A stretch of DNA of 64,000 nucleotides from Mobula hypostoma. Its lineage: Eukaryota. The stretch covers positions 135,348,001 to 135,412,000 of the forward strand of contig NC_086097.1 in NCBI RefSeq assembly GCF_963921235.1. The letters run 5' to 3'. Positions within the stretch are counted from its first letter, which is position 1. Each line of letters opens with the position of its first letter. The position numbers and the translations under genes are program-made. This document shows, piece by piece, positions 1-13,479 of this stretch. The notes beneath the pieces are model-generated. The model was not told where the DNA came from, did not search any database, and worked only from the letters and a program-made list of their open reading frames with translations.

Positions 1-830
1 TCAGCTACCTCTTTCAGAATACGAGGGCGTAGTCCATCTGGTCCAGATGACTTATCTACTTTCTGAACATTCAGCTTCCCAAGCACCTTCTCCTTAGTAA
101 TAGCAACTACACTCACTTCTGTCCCTGAAACGCTTGAATTTCTGGCATACTGCTAGTGTCTTCCACTGTAAAAACTGACGCAAGATACTTAATCAGTTTG
201 TATGCCATTTCTTTGTGCCTCATTACTACCTCTCCAATGTCACTTTTCAGTGGTCCAATATCCACTTTCACCTCTTTTTCTCTTAATATATCTGAAAAAA
301 AAACATTTTGCCTTCCCTTTTATACCATTGGCAAGCTTACCCTCATATTACTGCTTTTTTAAGTTGCTTTCTGTTGGGTTTTTTTAAAAGCTTTCCAATC
401 CTCTAATTTCCCACTTACTTTTGCTATATTACATGCCCTCTCCTTTGCACTTATGTTGTCTTTGGCTTCCCTTGTCAGCATTGGTTGCCTCATCCTTCCT
501 TTAGAATACTTCTTCATCTTTGTGATGTATCTATCCTGTGCCTATCAAAAGGCTCCCAGAAATTCTAGCCACTGCTGTTGAGCCATCATCCTTGCTAGTG
601 TCCCCTTCCAGCCAAGTTTGGCCAGTTTCATGCCTCTGTAATTCTCTTTACTCCACTGTAATAATGATACATCTGACTTTAGCTTCTCTCTCTCTCTCAA
701 ACTGCAGGATGAATTTTATCATATTATGATCACTACATCCTAAAGTTTCCTTCACCTTAAGCTCCTTAATCAAATCTAGTTCATTACAAAGCACGCAATC
801 TAGAATTGCTTTTCCCCTCATGGGGTGAAT
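1..830 (-). mobile_element. CR1 LINE fragment (degraded)
   Basis: Reverse complement aligns by eye with the CR1 at about 5960-6790. Confidence 0.8.
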
Positions 831-1193
831 GACAGCTGTTCTCAGACAGCTCTAAAAACTTCAAGGGATTAGTGATCATCTGAATCACCTGCTGCATTTA
901 TCACTCCAGATGGTAGAGCTTATGGTATTGCAAAGTCCCTTCGTGAGCTGCTGCAGTGTACCAACAGAGAAGCATGCAATGCAACAATGATAGGAGGTTG
1001 GCTAGTTCAAAGACTTGTAGCAGCTTAGTTTATATGAACAACTTGAAGCATGTAATTTCTTCACAAGCTAATCTGTTCATTTGTAGCCTTTAAAATCTGG
1101 ACAACTCAAATCAATGGTTTTTGAACAATTATATTCAAGTGCCTTTAATTCCCTCAGAGGTTCATCTCAATGATGCTCAACATACAGCTGTAT

Positions 1194-4150
1194 TAGAATC
1201 AGAATCAGGTTTAATATCACTGGCATAAGGCATGAATTTTGTTGTTTTAAGGCAGCAATACACATTAAAAACTATAAATTACAGTAAGTGTATATAAAAA
1301 AGAGAATTAAGTAGCACAAAAAGAGAAGAAAAAATACTGAGGTAGTGTTCATGGGTTCACTGTCCATTCAAAAATATGATGGTGGAGTAGAAGTAGTCAA
1401 TCCTGAAATGTTGAATTTGTCCTCAGGCTCCCCTACCTCCTCCTTGATGGTAACAATGAGAAGAGAGCATGTCCTGGGTCCTTAACGATAGATGCGACCT
1501 TTTTGAGGCATTACCTTTTGTAGGTGTCCTGGATGCTAGGGAGGTTTGTGCCCGTGATGGAGCTGGTAGAGTTTACAAATTTCAGCGGCACTTTTCAATC
1601 CTGTGAGTGGCTCTTCCATACCAGACGGTGATGCAACCAGTAAAAATACTTTCCACTATATATCCAGAGAAATTTGCAAGTGTTTTTGGTGTCATACCAA
1701 TTCTCCTCAAACCCCTAATGAAACACAGCCACTGGCGATCCTTCTTTGCAATTGCATCGATATGTTGGGCCCAGGATAGATCTTCAGAGATGTTGACACC
1801 CAGGAACTTGAAACTGCTCACTTCTGATCCCTCAATGAGGATTGATTAAGTTCTCTCAACTTTCAATAGACAATAGGAGTAGGTCATTCAGCCCTTCGAG
1901 CCAGCACCGCCATTCACTGTGATCGTGGCTGATCATCCACAATCAGTATCCCGTTCCTGCCTTCTCCCCATATCCCTTGGCTCCGCTATCTTTAAGAGCT
2001 CTATCTAACTCTTTCTTGAAAGAATCCAGAGAATTGGTCTCCACTGCCTTCTGAGGCAGAGCATTCCACAGAACCACAACCCTCTGTGTGAAAAAGTTTT
2101 CCCTCAACTCCGTTCTAAATGGTCTACCCCTTATTCTTAAACTGTGGCCTCTGGTTCTGGACTCCCCCAACATCGGGAACATGTTTCCTGCCTCCAGCGT
2201 GTCCAATCCCTTAATAATCTTATATGTTTCAATCAGATCCCCTCTCATCCTTCTAAATTCCAGTGTATACAAGCCCAGTCGCTCCAATCTTTCAACATAG
2301 GCCAGACCCACCATCTCGGGAATTAACTGCGTGAACCTACGCTGCACTCTCTCAATATCTAGAATGTCCTTCCTCAAATTTGGAGACCAAAACTGTACAC
2401 AATACTCCAGGTGTGGTCTCACCAGGGCCCTGTACAACTGCAGAAGGACCTCTTTGACCTCTTTCCCCTCCTGAAATCCACAATCAATTTCTTGGTCTTA
2501 CTGATGCTGAATGCAAGGTTGCTGCTACAACACGACTCAACCAGCTGATCTATCTCACACCTGTACACTTCATCACAATCTGAAATTCTACCAACAATAA
2601 TCGGGTCAGCGACAAATTCATAAACGCTGTTTGAGCTGTACCTAGCCACACACAATCATGGACGTATGGAGTAGAGCAGTGGGCTAAGCAAACATCCTGG
2701 AGGTGCAACAATATTAATTGTCAGCGAGAAGGAATTCAAGGATCCAGTTGAAGAGGGAGGTACAGAGGCCCAGGTTTTGGAGCCTGTTGATTAGAACTGA
2801 GGGTATGATTGTGTTGAACACTAAGCTGTAATCAGTAAACAGCAGCCTGACGTAGGTATTGCTATTGTCTAGGTGATCGAAGGCTGAGTGGAGGGCCAGT
2901 GAGATTACATCCGCTGTAGACCTGATGTGGTGAGACGCAAATTATAGCTGGTCCAGGTCCTTGCTTATGCAGGAGTTGATTCTAGCGACGAGCAGCCTCG
3001 CAAAGCACTTCTTCACAGTGGGTACAAGTGCTGCTGGACAATAGTGATTAAGCCAGCTCACCGTGCTCTTCTTGGGCACAGCTATGAAGCTGGTGGGAGC
3101 CTCCAATTGCAGCAATGAGAAGTTAAAGATGTCTTTGAGCACTCCTGTCAGTTGACTGGCACAGGTTTTCAGAGCCCTACCAGATACACCATCAGGGGGT
3201 TCACACACTTGATAGACGTTCTGATGTCGGCCTCCAAGACAGAGATCACAGGGTCAACAGATGCTGCACAGATTCACACAGGTGTAGTTTTATTCTCCCT
3301 TTCAAAGGGTGCATAAAAGATACTGAGCTAATCTGGGAGTGAAGTATCACAGCTATTCATGATGTTAGGTTTCACACTGTAGGAAATAATGCCTGCAAAC
3401 CCTGCAGAGCTGATATGCATCTGATTCCATCTCTATCCCTCAATCAGAATTGTTTTGTTCATCCTTAAAGTAGCCTTCTGTAGGTCATACCAGGACTTCT
3501 TACTTAGTTCTGGATCACTAGTCTTGAATGCCACAGATCTAGCTCTCAATAGAGTACAAATGTTCCGGTTTACACCACAGCTTTTGGTTAGGGTATATTT
3601 GGTATGTTCTCGAAGGCACACACTCATCCACGCAGGACTTGCTGAAGCCGATGATAACTGTGGTGTATTCATTCACACTCGAAGATGAGTCCCTGAATAT
3701 TGCCCAGTCCACCGACTCGAAGTAGTCCTGTAACCACTCCTCTGCTTCTTTTGACCATATCTTCTTGGTCCTCTCCACCGATGCTACAATCTTTAGTCAC
3801 TGGGAGTAGAAGTACAGCCAGAGAATTGGACTTTCCAAAGTGTGGGATGGCACTGTAAACATTTTTGATGGTGGTATAGCAGTGGTCAAGTGCGTTGGCT
3901 TCTCTGGTTGCACTGGTGACATGTTGGTTACAGCTGTTCAGAGACTTCTTCACGCTGGCCTGGTTGAAATCTCCTGCACCAATAGGGAACGCATCAGGGT
4001 GTGTAGTTTCATGCCTGATTACGTTGCTCAGCTCCTCTGGTGCCTGGTTGATGTGGGGCTGAGGTGGAATGTACACCACTACCGGGATGATGGTGGAAAA
4101 CACCTTCAGCAGATAAAATGGACGACATTGGACCACTAGATGTCCTTGGT
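1194..4150 (-). mobile_element. Rex1/Babar-type LINE, degraded, interrupted by a CR1 3' fragment
   Basis: Fragments VYIPP, AGDFN, LDHCY, PDGVSGRALKTCASQL, SSFKFLGVNISEDLSW; GATTCT-repeat tail near 1194-1207. Confidence 0.75.
1864..2455 (-). mobile_element. CR1 LINE 3' fragment nested in the Rex1-type element
   Basis: ORF 1943-2437: LVRPHLEYCVQFWSP...RRMRGDLIE...TRGH...FFTQRVV..WNALP. Confidence 0.9.
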
Positions 4151-4736
4151 TGGGTTACAACAATTAGTTGACATATTAGAAATGAGCTAAGGGGTTAAAA
4201 ATTTAAAACCAATGGGCTTATTGTCATAATGAAATTTTTACATTGAAAACTGGCAGGACAATAAATTCAAGCAACACACATAAAAGTTGCTGGCGAACGC
4301 AGGGTTTTCGTCAGGGTCTGGGCCTGAAACGTCGACTGCACCTCTTCCTAGAGATGCTGCCTGGCCTGCTGCGTTCACCAGCAACTTTTATGTGTGTTGC
4401 TTGAATTTCCAGCACCTGCAGAATTCCTGTTGAGGGCAATAAAATGTTAAGCAAGGCTGGTAGATATTAAATACTGGATCATAGGACTCTCATATCAGAA
4501 CCTGCCTAAGCAATTAGTGTTTAAATTTCTGTCTCATCTATCCAGATGCCTTTTTAATAATACATTTTATCAATTCTACTTCTTCTTAGAATTAGCAACT
4601 CAATTACATCAGACAATTGCTTCAGAATCACACAATACAGTATATACAAAAAAGGGCATTGCTGAAGGACACTAAATGTTTTTAAATGTATTTGTAAAAT
4701 AGTTACATCTGAAGAAAAAGCAATTTTAAAACACAC

Positions 4737-4883
4737 CGTTGAAGAATTCTGAGAAGTTTTCGACTTTTGATGGGATATTTTTCGTGTATTCCCAGGTAGG
4801 CAGGATGTGTGCCCTTGTCAGTAAGGCTACTGAAGGCTGCATGGTTCTCGGGCAGCTGCAGCAGAGAACGCCAAATAAACATC
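4737..4883 (-). CDS. TBC1D31: TBC1D31 coding exon 10 (TBC domain); gene continues beyond position 1
   Basis: cag|G...CG|gtgtgt; MFIWRSLLQLPENHAAFSSLTDKGTH...YPIKSRKLLRILQR; 147 nt. Confidence 0.95.
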
Positions 4884-5109
4884 CTGCAATGTGAAGTCAA
4901 AGATATAAAAGGACTACGTCTTCCTCTGTACAAAACAGCAGCATGAATACAGAAACAGACTGACTCAAAGGAGGCCTTAATGATATTAATGTTCCCCACA
5001 AGCCCTCTCCCATTCCTGTTCATTCTATTGCACGAATAAAACCATCTTCAGTATTAGACTGGAGAGGCTTTGTCTCAACAAGCCTGGGCAAAGTATGTTT
5101 CTGGTAAGC

Positions 5110-8100
5110 TTCTTCATCTGCTGTGCAGCAAGAGTGGCCCCAAGGGCTTTGTTGTTTCTTTGTTTAAGATGTGACCTCCAGTCTCCCAGATAACCACATC
5201 TACACCAAGTGCACCGAGCTGAGCTCTCAGTGAATGCGTTAAGGAACTGAAGCTGCAGCTTGGTAACCTTTGGCTCATAAGGGAAAATGAAGACGTGATA
5301 AATAGGAGCTATGGGGAGGTAGTCATCCCTAAGCTGCTGGAGGCGGGTTCCTAGGTGACTGTCAGGAGGGGGAAAGGAAATGGACAGCCAGGGGTGGACA
5401 GAGCAAAATTGCAGTCAGTTGGATGAGTTGCAGTGTAATATAGGGACAAAGCTGAAAAGGGTGATGAATACAGGATGTAAGTTATTATATTTGAATGCAC
5501 ACAGTATACAGAATAAAGGTAGGTGATTGGCAGGTATGATACTATGGGTGTTACTGAGTCGTAACTGCAAGAAGATTACAGTTAGGCACTTAACATACAA
5601 GGAAACAAATTGTATTGAAAGGACAGGCAAGTAGTAAGAGGGGGTGGGGTTGCTCTGCAGCTAAAAAAATATTACATCAAATCCTTAGAAGGAGGTGACA
5701 TAGGATCAGAAGGTGTAGAATCCTTGTGGGTAGAGTTAAGAAACTGCAAAGGTAAAAAGATGCTGATGAGTTATATGCAGGCCTCTGAACAGTAGCCAGG
5801 ACATGGGCTACAAATGACAATGCAAGGTGGAAAAGGCAAGTCAAAAGGGCAACGTTACAATAGTCATGAGGGATTACAATATGCAGGTAGATTGAGAAAA
5901 TCAGGTTGGTGCTGGATCCCAAGAGAGAGAATCTGTAGAATGCCAATGGGAAGGCTTTTTTGAGCAGCTTGTGGATGAGCCCACTAGAGGAAAGGCTATT
6001 CTAGATTGTGTGTTGTGTAATGAACTGGATTTGATTAGGAAGTTTAAGATAAAGATACACTTAGAAGGCAACGATCTTAATATGACAGAATTCACCCCGC
6101 AATTTGAGAGGGAGAAGCTACAGTCAGAAGTATCAGTTTTACAGTGGAGTAAAGGGAATTATAGAGACACGAGAGAGGAGCTGGCCAAAGATAATTAGCA
6201 GGCGACACAAGCAGAGACGACGGCAGAACTACAATGGCTGGAGTTTCTGGGAGCAATTCAGAAGGTGCAGGATAGATACATCTCAAAGTAATATTCTAAA
6301 GACAGAATGACACAACCATGGCTGGTAACAGAAGTCAAAGACAACAAAAATGCAAAACAGAGGGCACATAAGAGAGCAAAAATTAGTGGAAAATTAGAGG
6401 ATTGGAAAGCTTTTAAAAAGCAACAGAAGGAAACTAAAATAAAACCATAAAGAGAAAAAAGATATAATATCAAAGTAAGCTAGCCAATAATACCAGAGGA
6501 TACCATAAGTTTTTCAGATATATAAAGCATAATTCCGAGGCAAGAGTAGATATCAGAATGCTGGAAAGTGATGTTGGAGAGGTAGTAATGGGAGAGAAGG
6601 AAAAGGCAGATGAACTGAATAAGTATTTTGCATCAAGTCTTCACTGTGGAAGACACTAGCAAGCAGTCTGCTGGACATTCAAAAATGGCCTCTGCCACTC
6701 TTGAAAATCCAGCATACTGCTATTACTGGGAAGCTAAAGGGTCTGAAGGTAGATAAGTCACCTGGTCCAATGGACTATGCCACAGGGTACTGAGAGAGGA
6801 AGCTGAAAAGATTGTGGAGGCATTGTAAGGATCTTTCAAGAATCAATAAGTTCTGGAATGGTTCAGGATGGTGAGAAAATTGCAAAGGGAGGGAGGCAGA
6901 GGAAAGGAATTTATAGGTCAGTTAGCCTGACCTCATTGGTTGGGAAGACGTTGGGAGTTGATTATTAAGGATGAGGTCTTGGAGTACTTGGAAGCATATA
7001 ATAAAATAGGCCATAGTCAGCATTGTTTCCTTAAGGGAAAATCTTACCTGACAAATCTGTTGGATTTCTTTGAGAAAATAACAAGCAGGATAGAGAAAGG
7101 AGAATCAGTGGATGGACTTTCAGAAGACCTCTGACAAGGTACCACACGAGGCTGCTTAACAATATAAGAGCCCATTGTATTACAGGAAAGATACTAGCAT
7201 GGATAGAGGTTTGGCTGATTGATAGGAGACAAAGAGTGGGAATAAAGGGAGCCATTTCTGGTTGGCTACCAGTAATAAGTGGTTTCCCACAGGGGTCTGT
7301 GTGGGGACCGCTTCTTTTCATGCTATACGTCAATGACTCGGATGATGGAACTGATGGATTTGTGACCAAGTTTGTGGACTTTATGAAGATAGGTGGAGGA
7401 GCAAGTCATGTTGAGGAAACAGGGAGTCTGAAGTAGGAAGTAGACAGATTAGGAGAATGGGCAAAGAAGTGACGGATTGAATAAAGTGCTGGGAAGTGTA
7501 TGGTCATATACTTTGGTAGAAAGAATAAAAGTGTAGACTATTTTCTACACGAGGAGAAAATCCAAACATCTGAGGTGCAAAGGGACTTGGGAGCCCTTGT
7601 GCACATTGAGTCAGTGGTGAGGAAGGACTATGAAATGTTAGCATTCAGTTCAAGAGGACTAGAATATAAAAGCTAGGATGTAATGCTGAGGCTTTATAAG
7701 GCACAAATGAGGCCTCACTTAAAGGGTATTGTGAGCAGTTTTGGGCCCCTTATCTAAGAAAAGATGTGCTGACATTGGAGAGGGTTCAGAGGAGGTTCAC
7801 AAGAATGATTCCAGGAATGAAAGGATGATCGTATGAGGAGTGTTTGATGGCTCTTGGCCTGTACTTGGAGTTCAGAAGAATGAAGGGAGAACCTATTTGA
7901 AACCTACTGAATGTTGAAAGACTTAGATAGAGTAGCTGTGGAGGAAATGCTTTCAATGGTGGGGGAGTCTAGGACCTGAGTGCACAACCTCAGACTTGAG
8001 GATGACCATTTAGAACTGAGAGGAGGAGGAATTTCTTTGGCCAGAGTTTGATAGATTCCTGATTATTCAGGACATGAGAAGTTATGGGGAGAATGAGAGC

Positions 8101-8180
8101 AAAAAATGGATTAGTCATTAAGAAATGGCAGAGCAGACTCGATGGGCTGAATGACCTAATTCTGCTCTTGTGGTCTTCTC
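5110..8180 (+). mobile_element. CR1 LINE, near full length, heavily degraded
   Basis: Broken fragments EPTRGKAILD, HCFLKGKSYLTNLLDFF, SGFPQGSVWGPLLF, plus CR1 3' region. Confidence 0.85.
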
Positions 8181-9063
8181 TAGTATAAAAACAGCAAACA
8201 CTAGAAATAGTCAGATCAGGTTGTATCTGCGTGAAGAGAAACAGAATTAACATTCCATGACCTGCTGAGTATTTCCTGCACTTTCAGATTGTATTTTTAG
8301 ATTCCCAGCATCTGCCGTTGTTTTCTGATTTTCAAAACTATCTATTTGTACTCCCTTATATGCTTAATCAGCTCCCACTTCAATGCACCTATATCATGGG
8401 GCTAAATTACCCCTTGTTATATAATATCCCAATATCACTACTCTCTTGGTAAAGAAATTTCTCCTGAATTCCCTTGTGATATTGTTAATGAACTGTATTT
8501 TGTTAACAATTTTTCCTTGTGCACCCTGTAAATACAGTAATTTGCAAAAGTGCAAATTACATGGTAACCTCCAGTCATGGGTCAGTTGGTAGAGGCAATT
8601 ATTTAAAGCAAAAGTAGTGTCATACAGAACAAAGAGGTGTGAATTTGACTGGCAGTCTTTGCTACCAGCTGACCTCAGCTACAGGGCAATAGTAGAAGAG
8701 CTGAACCTAAACCTTGACTCAAGAAAGAGAAGAAAACAAAATATCAACTAAGTTCCCACTATATCCCTAAATTCTAGGGAAATTGAGCTTAACGACAGTA
8801 ATTCCACAAGAACTGGGCAGAGGTGGTTGTGATACCTCTGCGAACATGGTCCATTTTACGGAAGATTACAGCTCTGTCTTAACTAAGTCCTGAACATGGG
8901 AAGAAGGTGGGGGAATACCGTGGAAGTCTAAAGGTGAAACTGGCAGAGAAGATCAAAACTCCTCCAGTCCAACATATATGTACAATTATTATAGCTTGAT
9001 AAATATTTCTAGATGAGCTAGTTGCAAATATTAAATCAAGTTATAGGCAGTTCAGTAGCACAC

Positions 9064-9143
9064 CTGTACTTTTCTGGATATTCTCCAAATTCTTTCAGCA
9101 GAGCCCGTAACCGCTTTTTATTTAGCCCCGCTGGAAGCACATT
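9064..9143 (-). CDS. TBC1D31: TBC1D31 coding exon 9 (start of TBC/Rab-GAP domain)
   Basis: tag|AAT...AG|gtgtgc; NVLPAGLNKKRLRALLKEFGEYPEKYR; 80 nt; absent from the ORF track, read manually. Confidence 0.93.
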
Positions 9144-9190
9144 CTAGAATAAGAAATCACCAATTACTTCCAAGTTTAAAAAAAGAAAAG

Positions 9191-11733
9191 ATGTCAATAC
9201 TGGGGGTATTCTATAGGCCCCCTGGTAGCAGCAGAGATACAGAGGAGCAGATTGGGAGGCAGATTTTAGAAAGGTGCAAAAATAACAGGGTTGTTATCAT
9301 GGGTTACTTTAACTTCCCTAATATTGATTGGCACCTGATTAGTTCCAAGGGCTTAGATGGGGCAGAATTTGTTAAGTGTGTCCAGGATGGACTCCTGTCA
9401 CAGTATGTGGACAGGCCGACCAGGGGGAATGCCATACTAGATCTAGTACTAGGTAATAAACTGGGTCAGGTCACAGATCTCTCAGTGGGTGAGCATCTGG
9501 GGGACAGTGACCACCGCTCCCTGGCCTTTATAATTATCATGGAAAAGGATAGAATCAAAGAGGACAGGAAAATTTTTAATTGGGGAAAGGCAAATTATGA
9601 GGCTATAAGGCTAGAACTTGCGGGTGTGAATTGGTATGATGTTTTTGCAGGGAAATGTACCATGGACATGTGGTCAATGTTTAGAGATCTCTTGCGGGAT
9701 GTAAGGGATAAATTTGTCCCGGTGAGGAAGATAAAGAATGGTAGGGTGAAGGAACCATGGGTGACAAGTGAGGTGGAAAATCTAGTCAGGTGGAAGAAGG
9801 CAGCATACATGAGGTTTAGGAAGCAAGGATCAGATGGGTCTATTGAGGAATATAGGGAAGCAAGAAAGGAGCTTAAGGGGCTGAGAAGAGCAAGAAGGGG
9901 GCATGAAAAGGCCTTGGCGAGTAGGGTAAAGGAAAACCCCAAGGCATTCTTCAATTATGTGAAGAAAAAAAGGATGACAGGAGTGAGGGTATGACCGATT
10001 AGAGATAAAGGTGGGAAGATGTACCTGGAGGCTGTGGAAGTGAGCGAGGTCCTCAATGAATACTTCTCTTCAATATTCACCAATGAGAGGGAACTTGATG
10101 ATGGTGAGGACAATATGAGTGAGGTTGATGTTCTTGAGCATGTTGATATTAAGGGAAAGGAGGTGTTGGAGTTGTTAAAATACATTAGGACAGATAAGTC
10201 CCCGGGGCCTGACGGAATATTCCCCAGGCTGCTCCACGAGGCGAGAGAAGAGATTGCTGAGCCTCTGGCTAGGATCTTTATGTCCTTGTTGTCCACGGGA
10301 ATGGTACCGCAGGATTGGAGGGAGGCAAATGTTGTTCCCTTGTTCAAAAAAGGTAGTAGGGATAGTCCGGGTAATTATAGACCAGTGAGCCTTACGTCTG
10401 TGGTGGGAAAGCTGTTGGAAAAGATTCTTAGAGATAGGATCTATAGGCATTTAGAGAATCATGGTCTGATCAGGGACAGTCAGCATGGCTTTGTGAAGGG
10501 CAGATCGTGTCTAACAAGCCTGATAGAGTTCTTTGAGGAGGTGACCAGGCATACAGATGAGGGTAGTGCAGTGGATGTGATCTATATGGATTTTAGTAAG
10601 GCATTTGACAAGGTTCCATACGGTAGGCTTATTCAGAAAGTTAGAAGGCATGGGATCCAGGGAAGTTTGGCCAGGTGGATTCAGAATTGGCTTGCCTGCA
10701 GAAGGCAGAGGGTGGTGGTGGAGGGAGTACATTCAGATTGGAGGATTGTGACTAGTGGTGTCCCACAAGGATCTGTTCTGGGACCTCTACTTTTCGTGAT
10801 TTTTATTAACGACCTGGATGTGGGGGTAGAAGGGGGGGTTGGCAAGTTTGCAGATGACACGAAGGTTGGTGGTGTTGAAGATAGTGTAGAGGATTGTCAA
10901 AGATTGCAGAGAGACATTGATAGGATGCAGAAGTGAGCTGAGAAGTGGCAGATGGAGTTCAACCCGGAGAAGTGTGAGGTGGTACACTTTGGAAGGACAA
11001 ACTCCAAGGCAGAGTACAAAGTAAATGGCAGGATACTTCGTAGTGTGGAGGAGCAGAGGGATCTCGGGGTACATGTCCACAGATCCCTGAAAGTTGCCTC
11101 ACAGGTGGATAGGGTAGTTAAGAAAGCTTATGGGGTGTTAGCTTTCATAAGTCGAGAGATAAGAGTTTAAGAGTCGCGATGTAATGATGCAGCTCTACAA
11201 AACTCTGGTTAGGCCACACTTGGAGTACTGTGTCCAGTTCTGGTCAACTCACTATAGGAAGGATGTGGAAGCATTGGAAAGGGTACAGAGGAGATTTACC
11301 AGGATGCTGCCAGGTTTAGAAAGTATGCATTATGATCAGAGATTAAGGGAGCTAGGGCTATACTCTTTGGAGAGAAGGATGAGAGGAGACATGATAGAGA
11401 TGTACAAGATAATAAGAGGAATAGATAGAGTGGATAGCCAGCGCCTCTTCCCCAGGGCACCACTGCTTAATACAAGAGGACATGGCTTTAAGGTAAGGGG
11501 TGGGAAGTTCAAGGGGGATATTAGAGGAAGATTTTTTACTCAGAGAGTGGTTGGTGCGTGGAATGCGCTGCCTGAGTCAGTGGTGGAGGCAGATACACTA
11601 GTGAAGTTTAAGAGACTACTAGACAGGTATATGGAGGAATCTAAGGTGGGGGCTTATATGGGAGGCAGGGTTTGAGGGTTGGCACAACATTGTGGGCCGA
11701 AGGGCCTGTACTGTGCTGTACTGTTCTATGTTC
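9191..11733 (+). mobile_element. CR1 LINE, 5'-truncated, relatively young (ORF2 with two in-frame stops and one frameshift)
   Basis: [58 protein letters not shown]; stops at 9992 and 10934, frameshift near 11160; TTCTATG-type tail. Confidence 0.93.
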
Positions 11734-12739
11734 ATTGTTAATTCTTCATTATGAAGAAAACTCAGGTTCACAAATATCAGATTTAACTAACATGCAAGAA
11801 GTTTTAAGTCAACATTCCCAGATGGCTTAGTGTAGGCTAGTGTTCTCTTTGACAGTGACTTATACAATTCATAAATATTCTGGATTAAGTATTTGATATA
11901 TAGTTAATTTTGGCAGGGCAACGTTCATCCACGCTCTACTATGTGTAAGTATTTCAACAAGTACAGGAAAAGTACCTGCATTTATATAAGGTCAGGACAT
12001 CAAGGTCCTTTTTCAAAAATAGACACTGCCCTAGCACAGGAAAATTAGCAACAAACTACATATAGCAATATTCCACAATAAGCACAAGGTAGTGATACTG
12101 GTTAATGAATAAATTATTGGTCAGTACACTGTGGAAAATCTGCCTGCTTTTCTTCAACTCGCCTCTGTGGAATATTTCATCTAAGGGGATGAATATCATC
12201 TGATCCTTGCTGCAGCACTTCTTCAATACTGGCACTTAATGTAGGTTATTCATTCACCTCTACATATGGGACATGACAAAATATTGTCTAAGAGCCAGAA
12301 GGTCTGTGTGAGATCATAAGTTGAGCCTTCATCTTGTGTTCTTTTAGCAAATCTCTGCAAGGGCATGAAAGCAAGCCACGATTGGTCTTGCTTGACTTTT
12401 GGAGCTGAGGGTACAAAGAAGAATGAATGTCATTTAGCGGTGTGTTCTGTGCAGTATGTTTTAAGTGATCCCATGTGAAGGGTGACTGTGCAAAAAAGAG
12501 TGCAGCATTTGGGGGAGAAAATGGAGAAAAACAAATGTGTCAAATTAGCTTTGTCACATCAAATTCTTAAACCTCCAACAAGGGTGAAGTGCATAAGCTA
12601 GTCATTCAAGCAATTTACAAGCTACTATTGACTTTCATCCAGATGTTTGTTGAAAAATATCCAGCTTTAGATCAATTATACCCAACTGCTGCTTCTGCAC
12701 CATTTTTGACCAACCCAGTCAGATCTTCTGGCCTCTTAC

Positions 12740-12928
12740 CTCTTTATCCTCTGAGATGGTGCCAGATGGTTTTAGGATCCTAGCCTGAACCTCCTTCCCG
12801 GTTGACTTTCCTTTCTGAGGTCTTTCTACTTTTCCAGATGTCACTCGCATTTTCAGGCCAGATGAAACACTTTCATTTTTAGAGTTCTTATCTTTGTCTG
12901 CAACAACTTTAACCAGTGGGGGAGGTGG
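12740..12928 (-). CDS. TBC1D31: TBC1D31 coding exon 8 (linker)
   Basis: cag|CCA...GAG|gtaaga; PPPPLVKVV...LKMRVTSGKV...QARILK...EDKE; 189 nt. Confidence 0.93.
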
Positions 12929-13479
12929 CTGGAGTAACAAAGACAATTAATACAAAATGTGGCTTGCACTGATTCCTACCCGAAGTTTTTTGAAAACAGA
13001 AATAAATAGAAACACTAGTAACCAGAGTTACACACTTTTATGAACGCAAGGTGTGAGTGATGGCTCCATCGCTTTCACTGCATAATAATAAACTTCAAAA
13101 GAATTTCACAAATGTGTATGATCAAAGATATGCAGAATTATAATGGCGAATGAATGAATAGTCTAGTTCTCACATGTACTTTTTCCCTCCAGAATACAAT
13201 AAAACATTTCAGATTGTCATGGGATAGCCCAATCAGTATTTCCTTTAAAAATATATACAAAATAGTTCAACATTACATTACATAACATAGAGATACTGCC
13301 TAGATTTTTGTGCCTGGCGTGGGACTTGAACTTGTAACTTATCCCATCGTTAGAGCATTTTCTGTCTGTTTCAGAGATACAGTATAAACAAAATACTTGA
13401 GGAAAAATAGTACAGACGCCCTGAAAGAATGCTTTATAAAAGGACCATCAGATCACAAAAAATCATACCACTGTTGTCA

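Noticed and set aside
1..4736. TBC1D31 exon 11 (expected ..LSALAHWS..)
   Set aside because: Not found by eye; the region is mostly LINE, so the exon probably lies left of the window.
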